A program made the translations under genes and the position numbers. The notes beneath the pieces were generated by a model. That model made no database searches. It was not told where the DNA came from and saw only the letters and a program-made list of their open reading frames with translations. A stretch of 64,000 bases of DNA, from positions 736,001 to 800,000 of the forward strand of contig CAVZQN010000004.1 in NCBI GenBank assembly GCA_963777505.1, read 5' to 3'. Each line of letters begins with the position of its first letter. Position 1 is the first letter of the stretch. Positions 1-8,914 of this stretch are shown piece after piece. The stretch is from an uncultured bacterium (GTDB taxonomy: Bacteria; Acidobacteriota; HRBIN11; JAKEFK01).

Positions 1-1723
1 TCAAACAAATTCCTGCGGCATTAAGCGCCTCTTTTTCTTGAAGGGGTCTTAAGGCAGAAAGTTTTCCGTATGCCGCCAGTGCGTCTTGATCTCTTTCAAA
101 ATGGGAAAAGAGCCATGTTGCGAGAGTCAGTGCCCGAACGTTAGGAGTTCCTGTATTTACAACAGGCAGGATCAGCTCCAGTGACTGTTGATACTTTTTC
201 ATGTCGAAATAAGTTTCAGATAAATCCAAAAGAGTCTCACCTTGATGTAATTCGGATTTCATTGCACTTTCAAGCAAAGGGATTGCTTCATTATTCTTCC
301 CTTGTTTGCGCAAAACATTTGCCAGGAATTTTTTGGCAATCACATTTTCAGGCTGTCTTTTTAGCACATCACGAAAAAGCGTTTCTGATTCGTTCCACTG
401 ACTGAGTTGCGCATGACGCACGGCAGACTCGATTGTTGTCCAGAGTTTGATTCCATCTTTTGGATCAAAACCTGAATTCATCACGCTGCCGCTGCCTCCC
501 GTAACGTATCCCAGGCTTGCAAGTTTTTCTCGTGTTTCGGCATCGAGTTCGGCATTTGGAACTGCTGGCGTGTTCTTACTTCGATGCTTGTTCAGTTCTG
601 AACGGTAGGAATTTGGTACCGCGGAAGAGGAATAGAGATTTTTTGACTCCTTTGGATCTTTTGCAAGATCATAAAACTCAGATTTGGGAGCATCAATCCA
701 TTTTTTTTGATTCCATCGGATCGAATGCAATGGAGCCCAACCCATAAGCATGTTTGTGTAATAACTCTCACTGTAAGCAGGAAGCTCCTTGCCGGTTCCC
801 TTCAAATGCGGCATCAGGCTGATGCCTGAAAACGATGGTTTTTTTACCAAAGAGGCAAGATCGGCAATCGTAGGCGCTACATCAATAAGCCTGACCTGTT
901 CTTTGATTTTCCGCGGTGCTAATCCAGGCGACGAAATGATGAGAGGTACCTTCAGGGTTTCATCGTACAGAAACACGCCATGGTTTTCTTCTCCATGATC
1001 GCCGAGTGCTTCTCCATGGTCAGATAATAGTATTACAATTGTAGTACTATCTAATTTCTTGTCCTTTAGAAACTGAAGGATGTTACCAATCACTCGATCC
1101 GTGTACTCGATTTCTCCATCATATGTTTGTGGATATTGTGAGGGAGGATTGTAGCCAAAATGTGGATCGAAGAAATGCAAGAAACAGAACCAGGATCCTT
1201 TCTGCGTTTCAAGCCATTCACGCCCAAGTTTCCAGACAGTTTCTGCGCGCCTTTCCACGTGACGATTCGCTTCAGGATCGTGTCCGGAACCGATTTTATC
1301 CTCGTAAAATTGGAATCCTTGATCGACTTGAAAGCTCGAATCCAAAGAGAAAGAACCAATTACTGCGCCGGTAGCATATCCATTTTGGCGGAATAGTTCT
1401 GCGAGAGTTACATATTTCTTATCAAGGACAAAATTTTCGTTGTTTCTCACCCCATGTTGATCCGGATACAAGCCTGTAAAAATTGAAGAATGCGACGGAA
1501 GCGTTAAAGGCACCTGCGAAATTGTGTTTTCAAAAAGAACAGATTTAGTTGCAAATGAATCGATTGCCGGCGTTCGTTTTGAGTACCCATAACATCCAAG
1601 CCGGTCTGCTCGCAGCGTATCAATGGAAATTAAAAGCACATTCGATTGAGCTGCAATAGCTGATGAGCTAACCAAACTCACTAAAATTGTTAGAAATAAG
1701 TATTCAAATCGACCGAGTTTCAT
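1..1723 (-). CDS. Sulfatase-like hydrolase with C-terminal TPRs (partial, runs off the left edge)
   Basis: Translated by hand from ATG at 1723: MKLGRFEYLFLTILVSLVSSSAIAAQSNVLLISIDTLRADRLGCYG...SQVPLTLPSHSSIFTG...HFFDPH. Ends in TPR-like text (QEKEALNAAGICL) with no stop at the window edge, which explains its absence from the ORF track. Paralogue of the next gene. Confidence 0.85.
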   Translation of the reverse strand, partial: MKLGRFEYLFLTILVSLVSSSAIAAQSNVLLISIDTLRADRLGCYGYSKRTPAIDSFATKSVLFENTISQVPLTLPSHSSIFTGLYPDQHGVRNNENFVLDKKYVTLAELFRQNGYATGAVIGSFSLDSSFQVDQGFQFYEDKIGSGHDPEANRHVERRAETVWKLGREWLETQKGSWFCFLHFFDPHFGYNPPSQYPQTYDGEIEYTDRVIGNILQFLKDKKLDSTTIVILLSDHGEALGDHGEENHGVFLYDETLKVPLIISSPGLAPRKIKEQVRLIDVAPTIADLASLVKKPSFSGISLMPHLKGTGKELPAYSESYYTNMLMGWAPLHSIRWNQKKWIDAPKSEFYDLAKDPKESKNLYSSSAVPNSYRSELNKHRSKNTPAVPNAELDAETREKLASLGYVTGGSGSVMNSGFDPKDGIKLWTTIESAVRHAQLSQWNESETLFRDVLKRQPENVIAKKFLANVLRKQGKNNEAIPLLESAMKSELHQGETLLDLSETYFDMKKYQQSLELILPVVNTGTPNVRALTLATWLFSHFERDQDALAAYGKLSALRPLQEKEALNAAGICL

Positions 1724-1784
1724 AAACTTAATCATGATCGTGCTCGTAATCGTGATCGATCAAGATCAAGAGCACGAGTATGAT

Positions 1785-3743
1785 TCATTGCAGTTCACGA
1801 AGTCTTGCGGCAGCTTGTTGTTTCCAATCCTCAGGGGTATTTGGTGCAGCAGCGATTTGTTTGTATAGCTCAATCGCTTCGGCTGTTTTGTTCTGTTTTG
1901 TAAAGACAAGCGCAAGATTCATTTTTGTTTGCGGATCGGATGGATCAATCTTCAGGGCCTGCGTTAGTTTTGCTTCACTACCGGAAAAATCCATTTGTTG
2001 AAACAAACATGTTGCAAAACCGTTTAAGGCTTGAATGTTTTTCTGATCCGAACGCAAAACCTGTTCGAATTCTTTCTTCGCGAGTTCAACTTTCTTAGTT
2101 TGGATATACAGATTGCCTAAGTCGACCCGCAAATCCAGATCATTTGGATCTATGTCCAATGCTCCGCGAATATTCTTGATTGCAGCAGCAAAATTACCCA
2201 GATTCATTTCTGCTTCAGCAGACAGAATAAGCGCGTCGGCATTTCCAGTTTCAAGCTTCTGCAAAGCATCCGCCCATCTTTTTGCTTCTGCCGGCTTTCC
2301 TAATTGGAGACAGACAGAAGCCATTCGATAGAGTGCCAAAGAATTGTTCGGATCCTTTGACAACACTTTTTCTAAGATTGTTCTCGCCTGTTCTTTACGA
2401 TTCGCTTCCGCATATTTTTGAGCTAGAAATCCAAGCACCATCGGATTATCAGGATCCTTTTTTTGGGCACGCTCAAGAATTGCAATCGATTCATCAGGTT
2501 TTGTTTTTTCTAGATCTACCGCCATTTCAATTTGGTTCCAGATTGCAATTTGATCTTTCGGATCAATATTGCTTGAACCTTTGATCGATGGATTTCCACT
2601 TACGTATCCAAGTGCAGCAAGCTGCTCTTCAAGTTCCGGTGAGATCTTTTCCTGTTTGTGCGGAGTGAGTGCGGGAATCTTTTTTCTTAAAGAATTCACG
2701 ATTTCAGGCTTCTTATCTGCAATATTCCTTGTTTCTTTCGGATCAGATAGAAGATGATACAGCTCAGCTTTTGGAGCCTGGATGTATTTCCATTCATCGG
2801 TGCGAATAGCTGTTAATGGACTCCATCCGAGTTGTAGCTGCGGAAATAATGACTCCATGAAGGCGGCACCTCCAGCTTTTTCTGGAAGCAGAGAGCCATC
2901 TAATCCTGATGGTGGAGAAAGCTTTAGAATCCGCAGAATTGTGGGAAGAAAATCTACCAGTTTTGTCTGTGGTTTAATTTTTTGTGGTGGACTGCCAGGG
3001 ACTTGTATGAAGAACGGAACGTGCATCGTGCTGTCATAAACGAAAATTCTGTGAGTCATCTCACCATGTTCTCCGAGACTTTCGCCATGATCGCCTGCAA
3101 CAGCAATCACCGGTTGAAATGAGCTGAATTTCTGCAACAGAATACCGATTTGTTTATCAACAAATTCAATTTCTCCTTCGTAACCACCATTTAGATAAGG
3201 AGTATGTGGATCGTAGAAATGCACCCAAACGAAAAAAGGCGGGGTAATCTTCGTTTTCAAAACTGAAGATATAACAACATCGGCACTTCTTTCGGAGCGA
3301 AAATCGAGGGACTGGTTTTTTTGACGTGGGAACAAATCATCATAAATTTCAAAACCTTGATTCAAGCCAAAACGGTGATCCAGTGGGAATCCGCCGACAA
3401 AAGCGTAAGTATGATAGCCATTCGTGCGAAGAATTTCTGCGAGTGTTACTTCACGTTGGCTAACCGTTCCGGCATTGTCGTGAGTTCCATGATGAATAGG
3501 ATATCGGCCTGTCATCAATGAGGTATGAGAGGGAAGCGTCAGCGGAGCCTGACAAACTGCATTTTCAAAAAAAAGACTCGCTGCTGCAATAGCGTCTAAA
3601 TTTGGGGTTCGTACTTTGCGATTACCGTAAGAGCCAAGATGATCTGCGCGAAGTGTATCAATTGTGATGAGCAGCAGATTCGGCTTTTCAGCAGCTAAAA
3701 TCGCAGGGAACAATAAGAATAGGCAAAACGCAAAACGACCCAT
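1785..3743 (-). CDS. Sulfatase-like hydrolase/transferase with TPR domain
   Basis: Signal peptide; ITIDTLRADH, PLTLPSH, HFYDPH, GDHGE and LAALGY motifs; several TPR repeats at the C-terminus. Confidence 0.9.
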   Translation of the reverse strand: MGRFAFCLFLLFPAILAAEKPNLLLITIDTLRADHLGSYGNRKVRTPNLDAIAAASLFFENAVCQAPLTLPSHTSLMTGRYPIHHGTHDNAGTVSQREVTLAEILRTNGYHTYAFVGGFPLDHRFGLNQGFEIYDDLFPRQKNQSLDFRSERSADVVISSVLKTKITPPFFVWVHFYDPHTPYLNGGYEGEIEFVDKQIGILLQKFSSFQPVIAVAGDHGESLGEHGEMTHRIFVYDSTMHVPFFIQVPGSPPQKIKPQTKLVDFLPTILRILKLSPPSGLDGSLLPEKAGGAAFMESLFPQLQLGWSPLTAIRTDEWKYIQAPKAELYHLLSDPKETRNIADKKPEIVNSLRKKIPALTPHKQEKISPELEEQLAALGYVSGNPSIKGSSNIDPKDQIAIWNQIEMAVDLEKTKPDESIAILERAQKKDPDNPMVLGFLAQKYAEANRKEQARTILEKVLSKDPNNSLALYRMASVCLQLGKPAEAKRWADALQKLETGNADALILSAEAEMNLGNFAAAIKNIRGALDIDPNDLDLRVDLGNLYIQTKKVELAKKEFEQVLRSDQKNIQALNGFATCLFQQMDFSGSEAKLTQALKIDPSDPQTKMNLALVFTKQNKTAEAIELYKQIAAAPNTPEDWKQQAAARLRELQ

Positions 3744-3776
3744 CGCTCATTTTTTGTGTCTTTGTGGTTAATCCAT

Positions 3777-6566
3777 TTACCAGTTGAACTTGATTCCGAA
3801 TTGCAGCTGTCGTGGTTCAAACACTTCAGTCGCTTGCGCAAAACCTTCAACAGGTGTGCCTACGTCGTCATCTCCAACTGTGCGGCTTACAGTGACAGGC
3901 CTGAAGTTAAAATTTGTCCGATTAAAGAGATTGAAAGTCTCAAAGAGTAGTTCAAGTCTAAAAGGTTCCCAGCCGAAATTATATCCAACCCGTAAATCTA
4001 CCTGGAAGAAGTCTGTTCCGCGTCCAAAATTTCGTGGCATATTACCTGGGCGATCCGCTGGTGGAATTGCAAAAGTATCACCAGGTCCTAAATCGGGTCT
4101 GTCATTGCAACAGAATCCGTCACTGTTGTGGTTTCGGTCCAAAAGGAAATTAACAGGAATAGCAGAAGAGGCTCGAACTATACCGCCGAGTTGAATGCCC
4201 ATCTGCATGTCATACACACCGCCGAACGCAAAGACATGCCGTTGATCATGCGTCCCTGGCCCTTTTTCAGCACCTAGATCTGCCTGATTACTTGGCTCTG
4301 AAACACTGAAAAAATCTGCTGCATCTTCTTCCACTTTAGAAAGCGTGTACGATGCAGTAAGGCTTAAATTGTTGCTGAAACGTTTTGACACATTTGTTTG
4401 CAGTGCATGATACCAGGATCCTGCATCAGTGAGCAGCAAACGGACGCGATTGTACTGAGGGAATGGTCTCGGTTCAGGATCAACAAGATTTACTGGAGCA
4501 TTTAAGTTGCGTTCACGCGTGAGATCCTGACCACGAACGTATACATAATCGGCGCTGATTACCAGGTCGCTGGCAAGCTCTTGCTGAAGACCTATCGAGG
4601 CCTGATCGGAGAACGCAACGTCGCCATTGCTCATCGGCCGAACGTCAAATGCACCGTCCTCATAAAAGGAAGGATCCGGAAAACCACAACAAATTTGTGC
4701 CAGAACAACCGGATCAGTAATCGCCTGGACCACGTACTTTTCTCCATTAAACATTAAAGCGTTATTGTAGACATTATGGAAAATGGGCTTGTAGTAACGG
4801 CCATAGCCGCCGCGCATAATCGATTTACCGCTGCCGGTTAGATCGAATGTGAAGCCCAAACGAGGGGCGAAGTTATTTTTGTCAACAGGGGGTATTTTCC
4901 CTAACGTGATATCAGCCGTAAGTGGCACTTCCGACTGCGGACCGTCAAAACTTTCGATGTCATAACGAAGCCCAAGGTTGAGAGTGAAGCGATCATTTAC
5001 GCGCCAGTCATCCTGAACAAATACTGAAAATTGGTGGTTCGTATCTTCGTTTACAGGATCTCCTGTACCAACGAAAAAGTAGGTTGGAAATGTATCAGGA
5101 TTGTTCGGATCAAATGGTTCATCTGTTCCAAAGAAGTAACCGCCTCCGAAATATTGAGCAAATAGGATTTCTGGTTTGATGTAAATGTAATCGACGCCCG
5201 TCTTGACTGTATGTTCTCCTTTATTCGTATTAAAAACTTGTGTGTAGGTGTCCAGGAATTCAAACCTGTTTTCCTCAAAACGCTGCGGACAGCAATAATG
5301 ATGTCCAGTGACAGCACTGGGTCTGTACAAAGCCGGGCCAACACCTTCTACAACGTCTTCTCGGACAATTCTTCCATATTGAAAGAGCGCTTCATTGTAG
5401 GAACTATCTGAAAGTATGGCATTGTGCGAAACAGCAGCCGATTGGGATTCTATGTTCTGAACAATCCCCTCCACATATCTGCCGCCAGCATAAAAACCTG
5501 CCTCCGAGCGGTCCTGAAAGTTATATCGGAACACCATTGACTGATCTTCATTAAGGTTATGATTGACCTTACCAGTGAATAGCTTCAGATCAATTGGTTT
5601 CGGACGGACTCCAGTAGGAAATTGTGGAACTGGAGCAACGGAAAGGGAGCCATCACGATTGGTTTGTTCGTAGGCAGCGAAAAAGAAAGTTCTGTTTTCT
5701 ACGATCGGTCCACCCAGAGTTGCGCCGCCTTGTTGTTGATCAACTGGAAAATCTACGTTGTTTTGTTCTGAAAAGAAGTCTTGAGAATCAAGCTCGTCAG
5801 GGCGAAAGAAGAAAAATGCGTTTCCATGAAATTCATTGGTTCCTGATTTTGAAATTACGTTTACAACACCCGATGTCGAACGTCCATATTCAGCTGAAAA
5901 TCTATTTGTAAGGAGTTGGAATTCTTGTATTCCTTCTTGCGTGAAAAGGCTACGTGCTTCATTTGTATAAGAGAAGTTGTTTTCGGCGCCATCAATTGTG
6001 TAATTGACCGCATCACCGCGTTGTCCGCCGATCGTGAATTGTCCGTAATTCACAAGTGTGCCGACTGCTTTAACACCAGGAGCTAATAAAGCCAGCTGTG
6101 TATAATCACGGCCGTTTAACGGTAGGCTTTCAATGCTTTCGTCCGTTATAGTCTGTCCAAGAGCCGATTTTGTTGCATCGATTAACGGGGTTTCACCGAC
6201 AATCTCCACTGATTCTTGAGTTGCCGATGCCAGCTTTAGCGTAAGATCCTTTATGATTTCTTTTCCAACGGTGAGAATGATTCCCGTTTGCGTTTCTTTA
6301 GCAAACCCCGCTACTTCAACAGAAATGTTGTAGGTTCCTGGCTGCAAAAGAGAGATACGGTATGAACCATTTTCTTCCGAAGTTGTGCTTCGCGAAATAT
6401 TTGTCGCAACATTCAATGCCGTAACCGTTGCACCTGGCAAAGGTCCACCTTTATCGTCACTTACTGTGCCAATGACGGTTGCAGTTGTTTCTGCTGCGAA
6501 AATGTTGGTTGTTATAAGAAGAAAAAGAAAAAAGAAACCGATAACTCCAGTGGTACAGCGTCTCAT
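3777..6566 (-). CDS. Oar-like TonB-dependent outer-membrane receptor with N-terminal carboxypeptidase-regulatory-like domain
   Basis: Signal peptide; GTVSD..G.PLPGATV; LPLNGRDY; FSAEYGR..GVVNVISKSGTNEFHG; QDDWRV..TLNLGLRYD; NNFAPRLG; C-terminal PRQLQFGIKFNW. Confidence 0.93.
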   Translation of the reverse strand: MRRCTTGVIGFFFLFLLITTNIFAAETTATVIGTVSDDKGGPLPGATVTALNVATNISRSTTSEENGSYRISLLQPGTYNISVEVAGFAKETQTGIILTVGKEIIKDLTLKLASATQESVEIVGETPLIDATKSALGQTITDESIESLPLNGRDYTQLALLAPGVKAVGTLVNYGQFTIGGQRGDAVNYTIDGAENNFSYTNEARSLFTQEGIQEFQLLTNRFSAEYGRSTSGVVNVISKSGTNEFHGNAFFFFRPDELDSQDFFSEQNNVDFPVDQQQGGATLGGPIVENRTFFFAAYEQTNRDGSLSVAPVPQFPTGVRPKPIDLKLFTGKVNHNLNEDQSMVFRYNFQDRSEAGFYAGGRYVEGIVQNIESQSAAVSHNAILSDSSYNEALFQYGRIVREDVVEGVGPALYRPSAVTGHHYCCPQRFEENRFEFLDTYTQVFNTNKGEHTVKTGVDYIYIKPEILFAQYFGGGYFFGTDEPFDPNNPDTFPTYFFVGTGDPVNEDTNHQFSVFVQDDWRVNDRFTLNLGLRYDIESFDGPQSEVPLTADITLGKIPPVDKNNFAPRLGFTFDLTGSGKSIMRGGYGRYYKPIFHNVYNNALMFNGEKYVVQAITDPVVLAQICCGFPDPSFYEDGAFDVRPMSNGDVAFSDQASIGLQQELASDLVISADYVYVRGQDLTRERNLNAPVNLVDPEPRPFPQYNRVRLLLTDAGSWYHALQTNVSKRFSNNLSLTASYTLSKVEEDAADFFSVSEPSNQADLGAEKGPGTHDQRHVFAFGGVYDMQMGIQLGGIVRASSAIPVNFLLDRNHNSDGFCCNDRPDLGPGDTFAIPPADRPGNMPRNFGRGTDFFQVDLRVGYNFGWEPFRLELLFETFNLFNRTNFNFRPVTVSRTVGDDDVGTPVEGFAQATEVFEPRQLQFGIKFNW

Positions 6567-6683
6567 GTTGTTAGCCTCCGTTAACCCTGGTCGGATCTAC
6601 TCATTTCAATTTGGAAAAGAACTGTGTACACCCATTATACAACGAAATTCTATAACAAAAGATGAACTTATCTGAGTGGATTT

Positions 6684-8189
6684 CTACTCGGAGAGAGTAA
6701 TTTCATAAACGGTAGTATATTCATCCGAAAACCGTTTTGTAAATCGCTTATCATTATCCGCTTTTTCGATAAATGATTCGTGTTTATTGTCAGTTAATAC
6801 GAATCTTGAGCTGAATTTCTCTAAAATTTCGACTGCAGGATTTTTGATTTTCCCACGAGTGATTTTTTCATAGTCACGATACAGTTTTTCATTTTTCAAC
6901 CGCATAAAGTCGGCATCAAGGCCGACAATATACCGGTTGTGTGAGTTGAAATGAAAAAGCATCGGAAAATCATCCCAATCAGTATTGAATGTAATCGATC
7001 CTGCCGGCGTATTTTTCATCAACCATTCAGAGCCTTTTTTATAAGTGTAATATTCGGGAGATTCACGGACGTCCTGGCGGACGCGAATTACTGTAATTGC
7101 AAGTATTACTGACAATAACGCTGTCGCAAAAACCAATGCAATTTTTCCATAAATGTTTTGGAGAAATTTTTCAAAGGTCATTTGTGTCACGAAACTTTTT
7201 GAAGCAAAAGCTAAGAATACAATTGCCGATGGTGGAAAGTATTCGACAAACCGGCGCGATTTCATCATTAAAAATAAGTACATACTCGCAGTTAAAAACC
7301 AGAACAATCTGGCGGGATCTGATTTCCACTCTTCACGGTTTGTAGCGATGAGTGCCGATAAATAAGCCATGATCGCAAGAGTGGCGACCTTCAGAAAAAC
7401 CCACGTAGGATAAGGGTACCATTCCGATCCAACTGACGTCTCATATTTTGCCGCGAAGATCTTGGGAACAATATGATTCCATAAGAAAAGGACATCTCGC
7501 GGGAAGTATGGATTTATAACAAGGCCAGCAACAATTCCAATGCCGCTCGCCAGAATAATTCTGTATTCGAATCGCCGTTCAGTATAAGCAAATACAAGTG
7601 TTCCAATGACGGCTAGTGCCGCAACAGTTGGGAATGCGTTGTAAGTCCAAACAAAAATCGTGCAAAGTATCGCAAGACTGTAAAACTTCCGCTTCAAGAT
7701 TAAATAGGATGCGATGAATTGAAGTCCAAGACTTAAACTCGGAGCGCGAGGCATGCTCATTCGATATAAAAAAGCATGAGATGACGCGAAGAGCACAATC
7801 AACCAGAACCATGGGAATGGCACCCTATAAGTCCGCAGAAGCCAGAAGAAAGCAGCAAACGCCAGAGCCGCACAAAAAACTGCGGAAAGTTTTGCGCCGA
7901 TTCTTAAATCCCCAAAAGTGAATGGAATCTGAATGATATGCAAAAGCAAATGATGATCGCTGTAACCTTTTTCATTCAGGATAGTAAATGGTAAATAGGG
8001 GAATGGAGTTGGAATTCCTTCCGTTCTTATAAGCTTGGCCATCTTGATGTGATAGTAGCCATCAGGATCCACCGGGTTTGGACTTGCGAACTGGATGTAT
8101 GCGAGGAGTACCGCTGAAATGAAGAACGCGGCCAATAAATTGGCAACAAGGATCGGCCGCGGAGGTTTTATTTCAGCGATTGGCATCAA
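6684..8189 (-). CDS. Polytopic GT-C-fold glycosyltransferase, STT3/PglB/AglB-like motifs
   Basis: About 11-13 hydrophobic segments and a short soluble C-terminal domain; motifs DPDGYYH, SVGSEWYP, SRRFVEY and NTDWDDFP. Confidence 0.7.
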   Translation of the reverse strand: MMPIAEIKPPRPILVANLLAAFFISAVLLAYIQFASPNPVDPDGYYHIKMAKLIRTEGIPTPFPYLPFTILNEKGYSDHHLLLHIIQIPFTFGDLRIGAKLSAVFCAALAFAAFFWLLRTYRVPFPWFWLIVLFASSHAFLYRMSMPRAPSLSLGLQFIASYLILKRKFYSLAILCTIFVWTYNAFPTVAALAVIGTLVFAYTERRFEYRIILASGIGIVAGLVINPYFPRDVLFLWNHIVPKIFAAKYETSVGSEWYPYPTWVFLKVATLAIMAYLSALIATNREEWKSDPARLFWFLTASMYLFLMMKSRRFVEYFPPSAIVFLAFASKSFVTQMTFEKFLQNIYGKIALVFATALLSVILAITVIRVRQDVRESPEYYTYKKGSEWLMKNTPAGSITFNTDWDDFPMLFHFNSHNRYIVGLDADFMRLKNEKLYRDYEKITRGKIKNPAVEILEKFSSRFVLTDNKHESFIEKADNDKRFTKRFSDEYTTVYEITLSE

Positions 8190-8230
8190 TGAATCTTAGG
8201 CTCAAGGAAGGAGGAATGGTAGAGAGGGAA

Positions 8231-8257
8231 GTAGGGCGACCCTTGTGGTCGCCACTA
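8231..8257. repeat. GTAG-type REP-like palindrome
   Basis: gtag-ggcgacc-cttgt-ggtcgcc-actac, immediately downstream of the repeat-lipoprotein stop codon. Confidence 0.6.
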
Positions 8258-8259
8258 CT

Positions 8260-8904
8260 TTATCTGACGTCATCATCGTTTTCGTTGTCGTCGTCATCAT
8301 CATCATTCTCGTTATCATCATCATCGTTGTCATTGTCATCATCGTCATCGTTGGAATTTCCATCGTCATCGTTGGAGTTTCCATCGTCATCGTTGGAGTT
8401 TCCATCGTCATCGTTGGAGTTTCCATCGTCATCGTTGGAGTTTCCATCGTCATCGTTGGAGTTTCCATCGTCATCGTTGGAGTTTCCATCGTCATCGTTG
8501 GAGTTTCCATCATCATCGTTGGAGTTTCCATCATCATCGTTGGAGTTTCCATCGTCATCGTTGGAGTTGCCATCGTCATCGTTGGAGTTTCCATCGTCAT
8601 CGTTGGAGTTTCCATCGTCATCGTTGGAATTGCCATCGTCATCGTTGGAGTTTCCATCATCATCGTTGGAGTTGCCATCGTCATCGTTGGAGTTTCCATC
8701 GTCATCGTTCGTATTGCCGTCGTCGGTGTTTCCGTTGCCATTTACGGAAGGATCCCCTCCCGTACCTGTATTGTTATTAGCCCCGGGGGTGTCATTGGTC
8801 ACACCATTGTCGCTAACGCAGGAGACAATCAATATTGATAGAAACGAAACGACAATGAGGAGCAATTTCCATTTCCAAAATAGTCTTCGGTTTGTTACGT
8901 TCAT
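8260..8904 (-). CDS. Lipoprotein with long Asp/Asn-rich heptapeptide repeat (DDDGNSN)n
   Basis: AAGAGG RBS before ATG at 8904; basic N-terminus, hydrophobic core and LIVSC lipobox; then ~17 DDDGNSN units and an acidic tail. Lies between two same-strand glycosyltransferase genes. Confidence 0.8.
   Translation of the reverse strand: MNVTNRRLFWKWKLLLIVVSFLSILIVSCVSDNGVTNDTPGANNNTGTGGDPSVNGNGNTDDGNTNDDDGNSNDDDGNSNDDDGNSNDDDGNSNDDDGNSNDDDGNSNDDDGNSNDDDGNSNDDDGNSNDDDGNSNDDDGNSNDDDGNSNDDDGNSNDDDGNSNDDDGNSNDDDGNSNDDDGNSNDDDDDNDNDDDDNENDDDDDDNENDDDVR
8340..8710. repeat. 21-bp tandem repeat, ~17 copies (gtttccatcgtcatcgttgga)
   Basis: Directly visible. The substitutions seen (ttt/ttg, gtc/atc, gag/gaa) are synonymous only in the minus-strand DDDGNSN frame. 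Confidence 0.95.
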
Positions 8905-8914
8905 TTGTACCTCT

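Noticed and set aside
8340-8710. CRISPR array
   Set aside because: The units are contiguous with no unique spacers, the array is coding, and no cas operon is present.
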